From positions 128,001 to 192,000 of the forward strand of contig CAVYSY010000031.1 of the NCBI GenBank assembly GCA_963771175.1: a stretch of 64,000 bases of DNA, written 5' to 3'. Position numbers and translations under genes: made by a program. Source of the DNA: an uncultured delta proteobacterium (lineage in GTDB: Bacteria; Myxococcota; Myxococcia; Myxococcales; Myxococcaceae). Of this stretch, positions 54,701 to 64,000 are shown one piece after another; the first letter of the stretch is position 1; each line of letters opens with the position of its first letter. The notes under the pieces are model-generated. The model was not told the DNA's origin and made no database searches. It saw only the letters and a list, made by a program, of their open reading frames with translations.

Positions 54701-56848
54701 ACCTTGACCCAGTTCGCCCTCCGTGTTCTCCTGGACGATGTTGGCGCTGGTGAAGCTGGCTGAGGGTGGGCACCGCGCCCGGCGTGACGGTGAAGCTCGC
54801 CGGCTTGTCCAGGAAGAAGGAGTCGTCGCAGTCCTTGTCGCCGTTGAGGTCGAACGGGTCCCCCGCCGTGCTCTTCGCCTTGGCCGCGTCACAGCCCTGG
54901 GCGAACTCGTTGAAGTAGAAGTAGCGGTAGAGGTGGCCCTCGTACGGACGGCCTTCGCGCGGAACGAAGCGCGGGCACGTAGACGGAGGACTGCACGCCA
55001 CCGGCCTGCACGCCGGAGATGTTGGCGGAGGAGAACGAGGTGGCGACCTGCTTCAGGTCACCGAGGGCGTCATTGATGGCCGTCCGCAGCTCTGCCGCGT
55101 TGTTGGCCCGGTAGAAGGCGCCCTTGCCGGCCACGCGCGATGCTCTGGAGCATGGCGCTGTTGTCACCGTAACCGATGGTGTACGTGCGCATCGTCTGGT
55201 TGCCCGACATGTCGCCGCGCAGGTCCATGTTGGCCAGGAAGAAGGCCACGTCATCCATGAAGTTCTTGTTCGTCGTCGCCAGACCCGTCGGCCAGTTGTA
55301 GCCGGTGTAGTCGCAGTCCTCCTTGGTGGCCTGGACGCCCGGCGCCTTCTCGAACTGGTCGCAGTAGTTCACACCGCCCGGGTTCGTGTTGGTCTCGGGG
55401 TTGTTCGGGTCGAAGGTGAGCGGCGTGCCGTCCGGGTGCTTGGCGCCCTTGGCGATGAGCATCTCCATCATCTTGGTGATGGGCACCGAGTTGTCGTACA
55501 TCGGCGCGCCGTCCGTGAGGACGATGACGGAGTTGACCTGGCAGCCGAAGCAGACGGAGCGGTCGTTGCCCGAGCCCTCCCAGGGCTGGGCCCACTTGAG
55601 CCACTCGTCGATTCTGGTAGCCCCAGGAGTTGCCCTCCTCGCCCGGTGTGCGGGTTGTCGTGGTACCGCCGGTCCAACCACCGGGCCAGCCCCAGGGCGG
55701 GGTGATGGGCTGCTGGAACCACGTCTGCCAGCGGCCATCCACCAACTGCGAGGAGAAATAGCCGCCCAGGCCGAAGAGGGCCTCGCCGATGGAGCGCTCG
55801 TTGTTGCGGAACGCCACCTTGTTGACGGCCTCCATCAGCAGGCGCTTGTCGAGCGCCGTCTCGTTGATGGTGGGGAAGGACAGGTCACACGACGGCCGCA
55901 GCTTCTCGAGCATCAGCGGGCGGGTCGTACCAGCCGTTGTTCGGGCCGAAGGTGGCCACGCCCATGCGCACGGTGTTGGTGTCGTTGATGACGTCCTTGA
56001 GCACCTTGCGCGCCACCACGAACTTGGGCGGGCGCACGTTGAGCACGCGACCACTGACGACCCAGAGGCGCCGCGCCTCGGGGGTGACGCGGCGGAATGT
56101 CGAGACGGCGTGGGCGGACTGCTGGTGCGTCGTAGGGTTTCCCGTTGAGCGTCAGACGGGCCACGCCACCAGCCCTTGCTCGCCAGACACGCCTCGCACT
56201 TCGCGATGACCGGCGAGCCCCACGCCTCAGTCCAGCTCCAGCGCGCGATTGCAGGCCGACCAGGTGGACGTGTTGCCGTCCATGGCCACGGAAGTCCCAG
56301 TCCAAGGAGAACGGGAAGTCATCCACCACCCAGCCGATGCGCCGGCCGCGGGACTGGTAGTAGATGTTCGGGTCGAAGAACTGCGGCCCGGGGATGGTGG
56401 CCTCGTCGTTGAAGTCGGCATCGTTGTCGTACACCACCGAGCCGTTCATCGTCACATCCGAGCTGTCCTTGTCGAACCAGCTCATCGCCGCCACGAGAGC
56501 CGGATCCTCGCAGCCCCACACCGAGGTGTCGCCCACCTCGGGCAACGGCTCGGGGAAGTCCTGCATGGACTCGTTGTTGCCCACCAGGAAGATGGCGCTG
56601 GGGGGCGCGGAGGGGACCTCGAAGAAGTCCTTGTCGCCTCCCATGGCGGGGCTGATCATCGTGTCGCCCACGGCCACCGCGCCCGTGCAGCACGCGGCCC
56701 GATCGGGCATGGGCACATTGCCCGAGAGGCTGGGAACGGCCAGCAGGCCCACGGCACCAGCTACCACCACGCCCGCTGCCAGTCCTACCCGGCGCGCCAA
56801 TGGTTTGCCCAAGGTGCGTCGCATGGCGTCGAAGTCGATGCGCATCAT
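51740..56848 (-). CDS. pilY1: PilY1 type IV pilus tip adhesin, heavily frameshifted
   Basis: vWA elements VIVLTDG, RTYTIGYG, FYRANNA; propeller KLADIFHSTP, GSNGGMLHAI, DGTPMVRDVW; follows minor pilins; end approximate. Confidence 0.85.
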
Positions 56849-56858
56849 AAGAAAGCTC

Positions 56859-57374
56859 CTAGATACCGAACTTCACCACGAACTCTACCTCGGTCTCGCG
56901 GCCGGTTTCGTCCTTGCAGTGAACGGTAATCTTATGCGGAACGCCACCCCTGGTGGGATCCCCATTACCGTTGGTCATGTCCACGGTGTCTCCAGAACTG
57001 CCACCCGCGGCGAGCTCCAACCTCCTGATATCGCGGACACTCACCTGTCCGATGTGGCCACTGCGCGCACATCGGCTCCCGGCAGGAACATCTCCCGCGT
57101 CGGGGCAGCCCACATCGGACGCGGCGTTCATGTCCACGTTCACCGGCTCGAGGGCCGAGGGAGGAGTAATGCCCAGGGCGTTGAAACGCGAGAGCATGTA
57201 CTGACGACCCGCGTCCGCGCACGCGAGCAGCTCATCACCGGTCTTCTCGTTCCTGGCGGCGCCCAACTCATTCTGGGAGAAGGTCACCGCGGCAGCGGCC
57301 AGCAAGCTGATCACCGCCAGCAGCACCACCACCAGCAACAGCACGGAACCACGACTACCGGAGTGTTTCTTCAT
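56859..57374 (-). CDS. pilX: Minor pilin PilX
   Basis: RG|SVLLLVVVLL prepilin lacking Glu5; CADAG. Confidence 0.8.
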   Translation of the reverse strand: MKKHSGSRGSVLLLVVVLLAVISLLAAAAVTFSQNELGAARNEKTGDELLACADAGRQYMLSRFNALGITPPSALEPVNVDMNAASDVGCPDAGDVPAGSRCARSGHIGQVSVRDIRRLELAAGGSSGDTVDMTNGNGDPTRGGVPHKITVHCKDETGRETEVEFVVKFGI

Positions 57375-57385
57375 GGGAAATCCTC

Positions 57386-58501
57386 TCAGCCTCCAGCGCA
57401 GTTGAGCCCGTCAGTCGGCAGGGACCCATTGCAGTCGGCGGGCGTCTTACCGATGCTGTAGACCGGAACGGGGAGTTGCGCGGAGCGCATGTTGCGAATC
57501 TGCACGGACACCTCGGACAGGACGCGCCGGAAGCCGTAAGGACCGGGCAGCTCCGGGCGTCCGCCGAACGCGGGAATCAGGTTCATCAGTCCAGGGCTGA
57601 TGCCCGCATCGCGGGTGCTGGTGCGCGCCACCAGGCCCACGCGCACGGCGCGGATGTTCGCTGGGTTGTTGTTGAGGCGCAAAGGATCGCGGGGAGGAGT
57701 CCCGTAGTTGGGGGCCTCCGCGGAGGGATCAGGGATGAACTCCGTGCCATTTGCATTCAGGAAGCTGACGCGCAGCGCCTCGATGTCCTCGGCCACCGGC
57801 TCGCCGAACGCGTTCGGGTCCTTCTCATCGAGGCCATGCCGGCGGAACAGGTAGGGCCGGCCTGGAGTGCCGGGGACGCCGTCGTCGTCGATGAACTGGA
57901 CGGAATAGTCGTAGACGTCGATCTTGAAGACGTGCATCGGCAGTCCGCCTGACGCGATTCCGAAGCAGGGCTCCGAGGAGAAGTCGTTGAGCCTGGGGAA
58001 GGTGCCGGTCGGCGACTCCAGGGTCATCGTGAGGGAGTTCGCGGGAGCGTCCGCGCTGAGCTGCCCGTAGGTCAACGCGAGCCCGCCCGGACACACGATC
58101 TGGATGATCTGCCCCCTGCGCAGCGCCATGGGCAGCGGACTGCCCGCGGGCAGGGTGACGACCGAGCCCGAGATGCTGGCGGCCAATGCGGCGAAGGAAG
58201 GATCGCGCATGCGGAAGACGAGCCGATCCGAGCGGTTGCGGGTCGCATCGTCCCGCCAATCGGTCGGGAAACCAAAGGCGTTGGGCGGATCCATGCCGTA
58301 GCCGGCCATGCGCAGGTTGCGCACCACCAGCTGGTGGGTCTGCCGCAGCGACGCCTGCCCACCGCGGATGCCCGCCTGAGTGTAGAAGGACTGGGTGTAG
58401 CCGAGGAAGGCCGCGGAGACCGCGAGCACCGTGATGAAGGTCACGATGGAGCCCACCATCAGCTCGATGAGGGTGAAGCCTCGTTGCCGCTGACGCCGCA
58501 T
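57386..58501 (-). CDS. pilW: Minor pilin PilW
   Basis: RG|FTLIELMV, LRMAGYG, IRAVRVGLVART, VQIRN. Confidence 0.88.
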   Translation of the reverse strand: MRRQRQRGFTLIELMVGSIVTFITVLAVSAAFLGYTQSFYTQAGIRGGQASLRQTHQLVVRNLRMAGYGMDPPNAFGFPTDWRDDATRNRSDRLVFRMRDPSFAALAASISGSVVTLPAGSPLPMALRRGQIIQIVCPGGLALTYGQLSADAPANSLTMTLESPTGTFPRLNDFSSEPCFGIASGGLPMHVFKIDVYDYSVQFIDDDGVPGTPGRPYLFRRHGLDEKDPNAFGEPVAEDIEALRVSFLNANGTEFIPDPSAEAPNYGTPPRDPLRLNNNPANIRAVRVGLVARTSTRDAGISPGLMNLIPAFGGRPELPGPYGFRRVLSEVSVQIRNMRSAQLPVPVYSIGKTPADCNGSLPTDGLNCAGG

Positions 58502-59069
58502 CACACGCCCTCCCATCTGCACCCGCATCGTGTGGCTGGTCACGACGCGCGGCTCGCCCGCGTCCCTGTAGAGCACCTTCACCCAGATGTGGATGCGCCG
58601 CGCTCCATTGGTGGGCTCGGTATCGGTGCGAACGACGTAGAAGCGCTCGTAGCGGGTCAGGGTGTTGCTCTCGTCGGCGAAGACCGGATCCGGCAGACCG
58701 CCGAACGTGTAACCTGGCTGGTTGAGGGTCGTCTCGTCATGCATGCACGCCCTGTAGTCGCTGTAGGCGCCGGTGCCCGGCTTCAGCAGCGCGCCCGCGT
58801 TGTCCATGGGATCGTCCTGACAGGCACCCGGGGTGTCGGCGAGCCGGGGATCATCGAACGTCCCAGAGCTGGATCTGCTCCGACAGGTCATTGGCGACGT
58901 CGGTGGCCTGCAGGAGCCGGCGCGCCTGGCCCGTGGCGTTGCGCGCCTGCACGAGCGCGCCCAACAACCCGGCGAGACCCACGAGGAACACGACCGCGGC
59001 GACCATCGCCTCGATCGTCGTGAAGCCGTTGCGCCGGAGGAAAGAAGCTCGTCGCAGCATGGGGTTCAC
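58501..59069 (-). CDS. pilV: Minor pilin PilV, frameshift near 58860
   Basis: NG|FTTIEAMVA; C-terminal part in ORF 57386..58891. Confidence 0.75.
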
Positions 59070-59851
59070 CTCGATGCCGAGAAGGTCCGGACGAGGCCGG
59101 TGTTGGTGATGACGATGGCCTGGGACGTCTGGATGCCGCCACCACCCATCGGCTGGAAGGTGATGGAGCCAGAGCCATCCGCGGACCGGACGCCCTTGGC
59201 ATCGTAGAACGCCACCGTGCCGTCAGGCTCGAAGAACACGGCCCCGCGAACGGGATCGCCCGAGGTGCCATTCTCCGCGCAGAAGGTACACGGCAGGTTG
59301 CTGGGCACGAAGCAGAAGGGGGGCGGGAAGATGTTGGAGGAGCCCGAGGTGGAGCCCAGGGCGAGATCGATCTTGTTGTTCATCTCCGGGGTGCACCTCG
59401 GGTGCGCCACTGAGCCAACGGCTTTCTTGAAGCCTTCCGGCAGCACTCGCACGGAGGGGTTGAAGTGCCCCGCGTCGATCAACCGGTACTCGCTGCCCGT
59501 GGGCGCGGGAGCGGGCGGCTGCAGGTCCCTCAGATGCAACCAGTCGGTCTTGTTGATCAACGCCTGCTGCATGTTCAGCCAGGGATCCACCACCACCCAG
59601 TAGTTGATGGGATTGCCCGCATTGAATTTATCCGCGTTGAGGAGCACCACCACGCGCTCGTTGCGACCGTAGGCGTGGGAGCGCGCACTGGACAGCGTGG
59701 CGGAGAACTCGAGCGCGCCACCCGTCAGTCGCGTGCGCTGCGGCAACACCTCCAGCGCGGCGTAGGAGAGTGCGGCGAGGATGGCGACAATGCCCACGGC
59801 CGTCGCCATTTCCACCAGGGAGAAGCCGGCATTGCGAGAAGTACGCTTCAT
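59066..59851 (-). CDS. fimU: Minor pilin FimU/FimT
   Basis: AG|FSLVEMAT, ARSHA, FFEPDG, ITNTGLVR. Confidence 0.8.
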   Translation of the reverse strand: MKRTSRNAGFSLVEMATAVGIVAILAALSYAALEVLPQRTRLTGGALEFSATLSSARSHAYGRNERVVVLLNADKFNAGNPINYWVVVDPWLNMQQALINKTDWLHLRDLQPPAPAPTGSEYRLIDAGHFNPSVRVLPEGFKKAVGSVAHPRCTPEMNNKIDLALGSTSGSSNIFPPPFCFVPSNLPCTFCAENGTSGDPVRGAVFFEPDGTVAFYDAKGVRSADGSGSITFQPMGGGGIQTSQAIVITNTGLVRTFSASR

Positions 59852-60105
59852 AGGGAGTCCATCGTGGGCGCCACCCCCAACACCACCACAACCATCCCGC
59901 GGGCGCACGAAAACGGGTCTGCTTCCGACCCCTACTACGGGTCTTCCGCCGCCTAGCTTACCGCAAATTCCATCAGGGGATCACTGCATCCCCACTCACT
60001 CGCGGAGCGAGCGAAGAGGCGGGCCCGCCCCCTCGGAAATTTCTTTTCCTGCTGCAGCCATCCCGGCATCTTCCTGGGAGCAACGCGAGATGCGAGAAGG
60101 GCGAC

Positions 60106-60972
60106 ATGACCGGGACGTATCAGACACTCACTGTGGATCTGCCGGAGGCGGAGTCGGAAGCCGCCCAGGACCTGCTGCACGAGGCGGGGGCGATGGGATT
60201 GGAGGTGAGGGATCGCGAGGGGCCCCTCATGCCCGGGGTGCGCGCGCCCTCGGCGGGAGAGGCCATCGTCGTGGCCTACTTCGAGGACGCGGACACGGCC
60301 GAGGCCGCGCGCGCGGAGCTCGCCGAGGCCTTCCCCTCGGCGCGGATGCAGCTCGAGGAGCAGCAGCAGCAGGACTGGAGCAATGCCTGGAAGGCGCTCA
60401 TCAAGTCCGTTCAGGTCGGCAGGCTCTGGGTGGGGCCGCCCTGGGACCTCCAGAACGCACCCACCGACAAGGTGCGCCTCGTCATCGAGCCGAAGATGGC
60501 CTTCGGCACGGGTGACCATCCCACCACCTCCCTGTGTCTCGGTGCGGTGGATGACTACATGGCCACACACCCTGGAGCGAGTGTGCTCGATGTGGGCACG
60601 GGGACGGGAGTGCTGGCCATCGCCGCGAAGAGGCTCGGGGCGGGCCGGGTGGTGGGCACGGACAATGATCCGGTGTCGGTGGAGCTGGCGAGGGAGAACG
60701 CGGAGATCAACGGCACACCGGAGCTGGAGCTGTCCGGCAAGGAGCTGACGTCGGTGGAGGGCACCTTCGACCTGGTGGTGGCCAACATCCTGGCGAACAC
60801 GCTCATCGAGCTGGCGCCGCTCATCGTCCCCAAGGTGAAGGACAGGCTGCTGATGGCGGGCGTGCTCGCGCACCAGAAGGCGGACGTGGAGGCGGCGTAC
60901 GTGAAGCTCGGACTGGTGCCGGAGCCGGGCGTGCAGCAAGGCGAGTGGGTGCGGCTGGACTTCCACCGCTGA
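60106..60972 (+). CDS. prmA: Ribosomal protein L11 methyltransferase
   Basis: PKMAFGTGDHPTT, LDVGTGTGVLAI, VVANILA. Confidence 0.96.
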   Translation: MTGTYQTLTVDLPEAESEAAQDLLHEAGAMGLEVRDREGPLMPGVRAPSAGEAIVVAYFEDADTAEAARAELAEAFPSARMQLEEQQQQDWSNAWKALIKSVQVGRLWVGPPWDLQNAPTDKVRLVIEPKMAFGTGDHPTTSLCLGAVDDYMATHPGASVLDVGTGTGVLAIAAKRLGAGRVVGTDNDPVSVELARENAEINGTPELELSGKELTSVEGTFDLVVANILANTLIELAPLIVPKVKDRLLMAGVLAHQKADVEAAYVKLGLVPEPGVQQGEWVRLDFHR

Positions 60973-61038
60973 GCAGGCAGGCTCGCCTGTTCACCCCAGG
61001 TTGCCTAGCATCCGGTCCGACGAGGAGGGAGTCACCCC

Positions 61039-61527
61039 ATGTTGAAGCCCCAGACCCAGGCGCTGTTCGACGAGTACATCGCGTCCCACCAGCACCCCAC
61101 CAACCGCCTCACCCATAAGGTGGCCATCCCCCTCATCGTCCTGCACATCGTCGCCATGCTGGACTGGGTACGGCTGGTGCCCGTGCCCTTCCTGCCTGGC
61201 GGCGCGCTCACCCTCGCCTTCGTGGCCTGGGCGCTCGCCTCCATCTGGTACCTGCGCGCCGACGCGAAGCTGGGACTCATCGTCTCCGGCGCCGCCGCCC
61301 TCTGCATCCCCCTCGGCCGCCTGCTGCCCGTCTGGGCCGTCGTCGCCATCGCCGTCTTCGGGTGGCTCGTCCAGCTCGCCGGTCACGCCGTCTGGGAGAA
61401 GAAGTCCCCCTCCTTCTTCACCAACCTCATCCATGCCCTCGTCGGGCCCCTGTTCTTCGTCGCCCTGCTCACCGGCGACTACAAGCTCGGGACCCAGACC
61501 CAGGGCGCTCCCCAGGTCGCCAAATAG
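61039..61527 (+). CDS. DUF962/Mpo1-like membrane protein
   Basis: YIASHQHPTNRLTHKVAIP, QLAGHAVWEKKSPS. Confidence 0.88.
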   Translation: MLKPQTQALFDEYIASHQHPTNRLTHKVAIPLIVLHIVAMLDWVRLVPVPFLPGGALTLAFVAWALASIWYLRADAKLGLIVSGAAALCIPLGRLLPVWAVVAIAVFGWLVQLAGHAVWEKKSPSFFTNLIHALVGPLFFVALLTGDYKLGTQTQGAPQVAK

Positions 61528-61566
61528 GAAGTCCCGGGGTCGGGGTCCCTCCGGGTGACCCCACCC

Positions 61567-62880
61567 TCAGCTGGCGGTCCTCGCCAACACGGGCCGGAGC
61601 TCTTCCCGCGGCTCCGACACAGGCGCGCGACCCTCCAGCGAATACACCACCACCGCCTCCCGGCGCCCCTTCACCCGCTCCTCGGAGATGCGCTCGCCCA
61701 GGAACCGGCCCCCGCCCTCCATCCAGGTGCTCTCGCTCACCAGGATGTCCACCCCCAGCGGCTTCGTCAGTCCCTCCACGCGCGACGCCAGGTTCACCGC
61801 GTCCCCGATGATCGTGTACTCGTGCTGCTCGGCTCCGCCCAGCATCCCCGCCGCCACCACGCCCGTGTGCAGCCCGATGCCGATGCGCAACGGCGGCTCG
61901 CCCCGCTGCTCCCTCCAGGCGTTGAGCTCCACCAGCTTCGTCCTCATGTCGAGCGCCGCCTGCATCGCGTTCCGCGCGTGATGCACGTCCCCGTCCGGCA
62001 CGCCCCAGCACGCCAGCATCCCGTCCCCCAGGAACTTGTTCACGATGCCTCCGTGCCCCATGACGATCTGCCCCATGTGCCCGAAGTAATCGTCCAGCAG
62101 CTCCAGCACCGCCCGCGGCGCTAGCGTCTCGCTCAGCGCGGTGAAGTCCCGGATGTCGCTGAAGAGGATCGTCACCTCGCGCTGCACCGGCTCCAGCGTC
62201 CCGTCCCCCGTCTGCAGCACCCGCTCCACCACCTGCCTCGGCAGGAAGCGCGAGAGGTTGTCGCGCCGCCTCAGCCCCAGGAACATGCTGCTCACCGCCG
62301 TGTTCGCCCACCCGATGAGCAGCCCGAGCGCGATGTAGCAGCCGAGCACGTAGCTCACCTTGGAGAAGGAGAACGCGCCCAGCGCCCAGGACACCCCCGC
62401 GAACGTCACCGAGGCCAGCACCGTGGACAGCACCACGTGCAGCCAGCTGTAGCGCGCCACCGAGAAGGCGATCACCACCGCGCAGCTCGCCGCCAGCATC
62501 TGCGGATGGAAGCTCCCGGTGATGGCGGCGGCCCGCAGTGACATGAAGCCGAAGAAGCCACAGTCCAGGAGCATGGAGAGCAGCGGCCGCCACCTCACAT
62601 GGCTCAGGTTCGGCTTCTGGCGGCGCAGGTACACCACCAGGAAGAGGGTGAAGCCCGTGTAGAACAGCATGGCCACCATTCGCGGCGGATCCCTCGGCAG
62701 CAGCTCGTGCGACATCCGGGCGATGACGGCCTGGCTCAGCGCCACCAGCACCAGCAACGCGAGCCGCACCCAGGCCACCACGCGCTCGCCCCGCAGCGCG
62801 CTCTCGGCGAGCACCTGCTCCTGGTTCGCCTGGGACACCTCGAACCGCGCGATGGTGCTCTCACTTCCGCGACGGGCCAT
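61567..62880 (-). CDS. Membrane adenylate/guanylate cyclase (class III)
   Basis: ILFSDIRDFT, KFLGDG, IGIGLHTG, IGDAVNLASRVE; ~6 TMs. Confidence 0.93.
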   Translation of the reverse strand: MARRGSESTIARFEVSQANQEQVLAESALRGERVVAWVRLALLVLVALSQAVIARMSHELLPRDPPRMVAMLFYTGFTLFLVVYLRRQKPNLSHVRWRPLLSMLLDCGFFGFMSLRAAAITGSFHPQMLAASCAVVIAFSVARYSWLHVVLSTVLASVTFAGVSWALGAFSFSKVSYVLGCYIALGLLIGWANTAVSSMFLGLRRRDNLSRFLPRQVVERVLQTGDGTLEPVQREVTILFSDIRDFTALSETLAPRAVLELLDDYFGHMGQIVMGHGGIVNKFLGDGMLACWGVPDGDVHHARNAMQAALDMRTKLVELNAWREQRGEPPLRIGIGLHTGVVAAGMLGGAEQHEYTIIGDAVNLASRVEGLTKPLGVDILVSESTWMEGGGRFLGERISEERVKGRREAVVVYSLEGRAPVSEPREELRPVLARTAS

Positions 62881-62901
62881 GACCGCCTCCTTCCCTCGTC
62901 C

Positions 62902-63084
62902 TCATGAGAACCAAAGCCGCCCCGCCGGCTCCAATTCAGACATGCCCAAGCACGCGTACGCCGTGGCCATCGCCCTCAGCGGCAGCCCGAAGCACACCCC
63001 CGTGCAGCCATCCACCGCCACGGTGACGTGGTGCACGGACTCGACGAAGCCGGAGCGGGTGGATTCGAGGAGAAGAGAGGACAT
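62902..63084 (-). pseudogene. Internally deleted L-asparaginase II (Rhizobium-type) remnant
   Basis: N-terminal motif ESTRSGFVESVH..VAV joined directly to mid-protein motif DGC....GLPL..MA.AYA. Confidence 0.6.
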
Positions 63085-63242
63085 GTCGCGCTGCGCATAC
63101 CAGGAGTGCCGCCGCTTTGCCTCCCTCCCGATGGCTCGCCCGCCCGCCGCCCCTCCCCCACGGGAGGCTGGACGGGTTGGCGCCTCCACCCGGCCGCCCG
63201 AGATTCACGGGTAGGACACATCTCCCCCCTCAGGAGCCCACC

Positions 63243-63551
63243 ATGGCAGGCAAATTCAGCAACACCACGACCCCCGGCCGGGGCTACACCGACGCCGTCT
63301 CCCAGTCGCGCGGCCTCACCGATACGAGCGGGCGCGCCGTGCCCGACGAGCGGCGCACCTTCTCGGAGCAGCGCGAGGAGAACTTCCCCGGCAGCGCGGA
63401 TGACGACACCCTCACCGGCCGGAGGGTCGGCTACGGGGCCGATCCTCAGAACCCCCCTCCCCTCTCGGCGGCGAGCGAGGAAGGAAGCGCTTCCGAGGCT
63501 GACGACATGGAGAGCGACGAAGCAGCCAGTGGTCGCGTGCAGGGCGGGTAG
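63243..63551 (+). CDS. Small acidic hydrophilic hypothetical protein
   Basis: AGGAG RBS, typical codon usage, 102 aa. Confidence 0.6.
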   Translation: MAGKFSNTTTPGRGYTDAVSQSRGLTDTSGRAVPDERRTFSEQREENFPGSADDDTLTGRRVGYGADPQNPPPLSAASEEGSASEADDMESDEAASGRVQGG

Positions 63552-63572
63552 TGCGCAAACAGAAAGGGACTC

Positions 63573-64000
63573 ATGCCAGGACAGGCCCTTTCGCGATTAC
63601 TGGACCGACTCCCCTTCGGGCGGAGCGTCATCGATGGAGTTCCCGTCGCCCCGCCCCAGCACCTGCCGCACCGCGAGCCCACGCACGTCTTCCAGGGCTT
63701 CGAGTCGCTGCCGGTGGCCGACGGACCGCGCAGGCTCGGAACGGGAATCACGCTGCACGTGCACCACCCGGCGCCGCGCCCGCCCCGTGACCGCGAAAAG
63801 GGACTCCGCGTGATGACGTACAACATCCTCCTCGGAGGTCAGCGCCGCGAGTTGCTGGAGCGATACTTCGCCGAGCTGGAGGAGACCGGCCGCATGCCGG
63901 ACGTCATCGCGCTCCAGGAGGCGAGCCAGCCCACGGTGATGGAGCTCGCGCGCGACTACGGCTTCCACGTCGCCTACCACGGTCGGGACGTCAACGGGCC
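63573..64000 (+). CDS. Endonuclease/exonuclease/phosphatase family protein, 3'-truncated
   Basis: Own translation: LRVMTYNI...PDVIALQE; open to window end. Confidence 0.85.
   Translation, partial: MPGQALSRLLDRLPFGRSVIDGVPVAPPQHLPHREPTHVFQGFESLPVADGPRRLGTGITLHVHHPAPRPPRDREKGLRVMTYNILLGGQRRELLERYFAELEETGRMPDVIALQEASQPTVMELARDYGFHVAYHGRDVNG

Noticed and set aside
17662..56848. Programmed frameshifting or mass pseudogenisation
   Set aside because: No consistent slippery sites; indels cluster by position rather than by gene and also hit conserved genes such as hemW
57386..58891. PilV-PilW fusion protein
   Set aside because: One extra G explains it, PilW has its own prepilin leader, and indels are common in this window

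Overview
High-GC myxobacterial chromosome segment; the gene content (MYXO-CTERM-like tag, DUF2381/kinase module, minor-pilin/pilY1 cluster) points to Cystobacterineae, which is an inference. Housekeeping-type content: cspA, acyl-CoA desaturase, crotonase, a complete Rrf2-sufBCDSUT operon with a palindromic operator, SDR, ABC-type binding protein, CzcCBA-like efflux plus two-component system, Usp, hemW, M16 peptidase, fimU-pilV-pilW-pilX-pilY1, prmA and an adenylate/guanylate cyclase. Main observations: (1) a ~5.6 kb gene that reads as a polyprotein, with a surface adhesin ending in an internal MYXO-CTERM-like tag followed in frame by a second signal peptide and a TraB-like beta-barrel/OmpA protein; (2) an orphan gene with a T3SS needle (SctF)-like C-terminus; (3) a 7.4 kb cassette (kinase, DUF2381, lipoprotein HNH-type toxin, three immunity paralogues) bracketed by 46-bp direct repeats built on a perfect palindrome; (4) a possible lipoprotein nested in frame inside that kinase; (5) a lower-GC islet with a split DarT-like ADP-ribosyltransferase and no antitoxin; (6) an internally deleted asparaginase II remnant. 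Many genes carry 1-bp indels clustered at about 18-22 kb and 49-56 kb, most likely sequencing or assembly errors, so coordinates there are approximate. All family calls come from motif recognition by eye; no searches were run.
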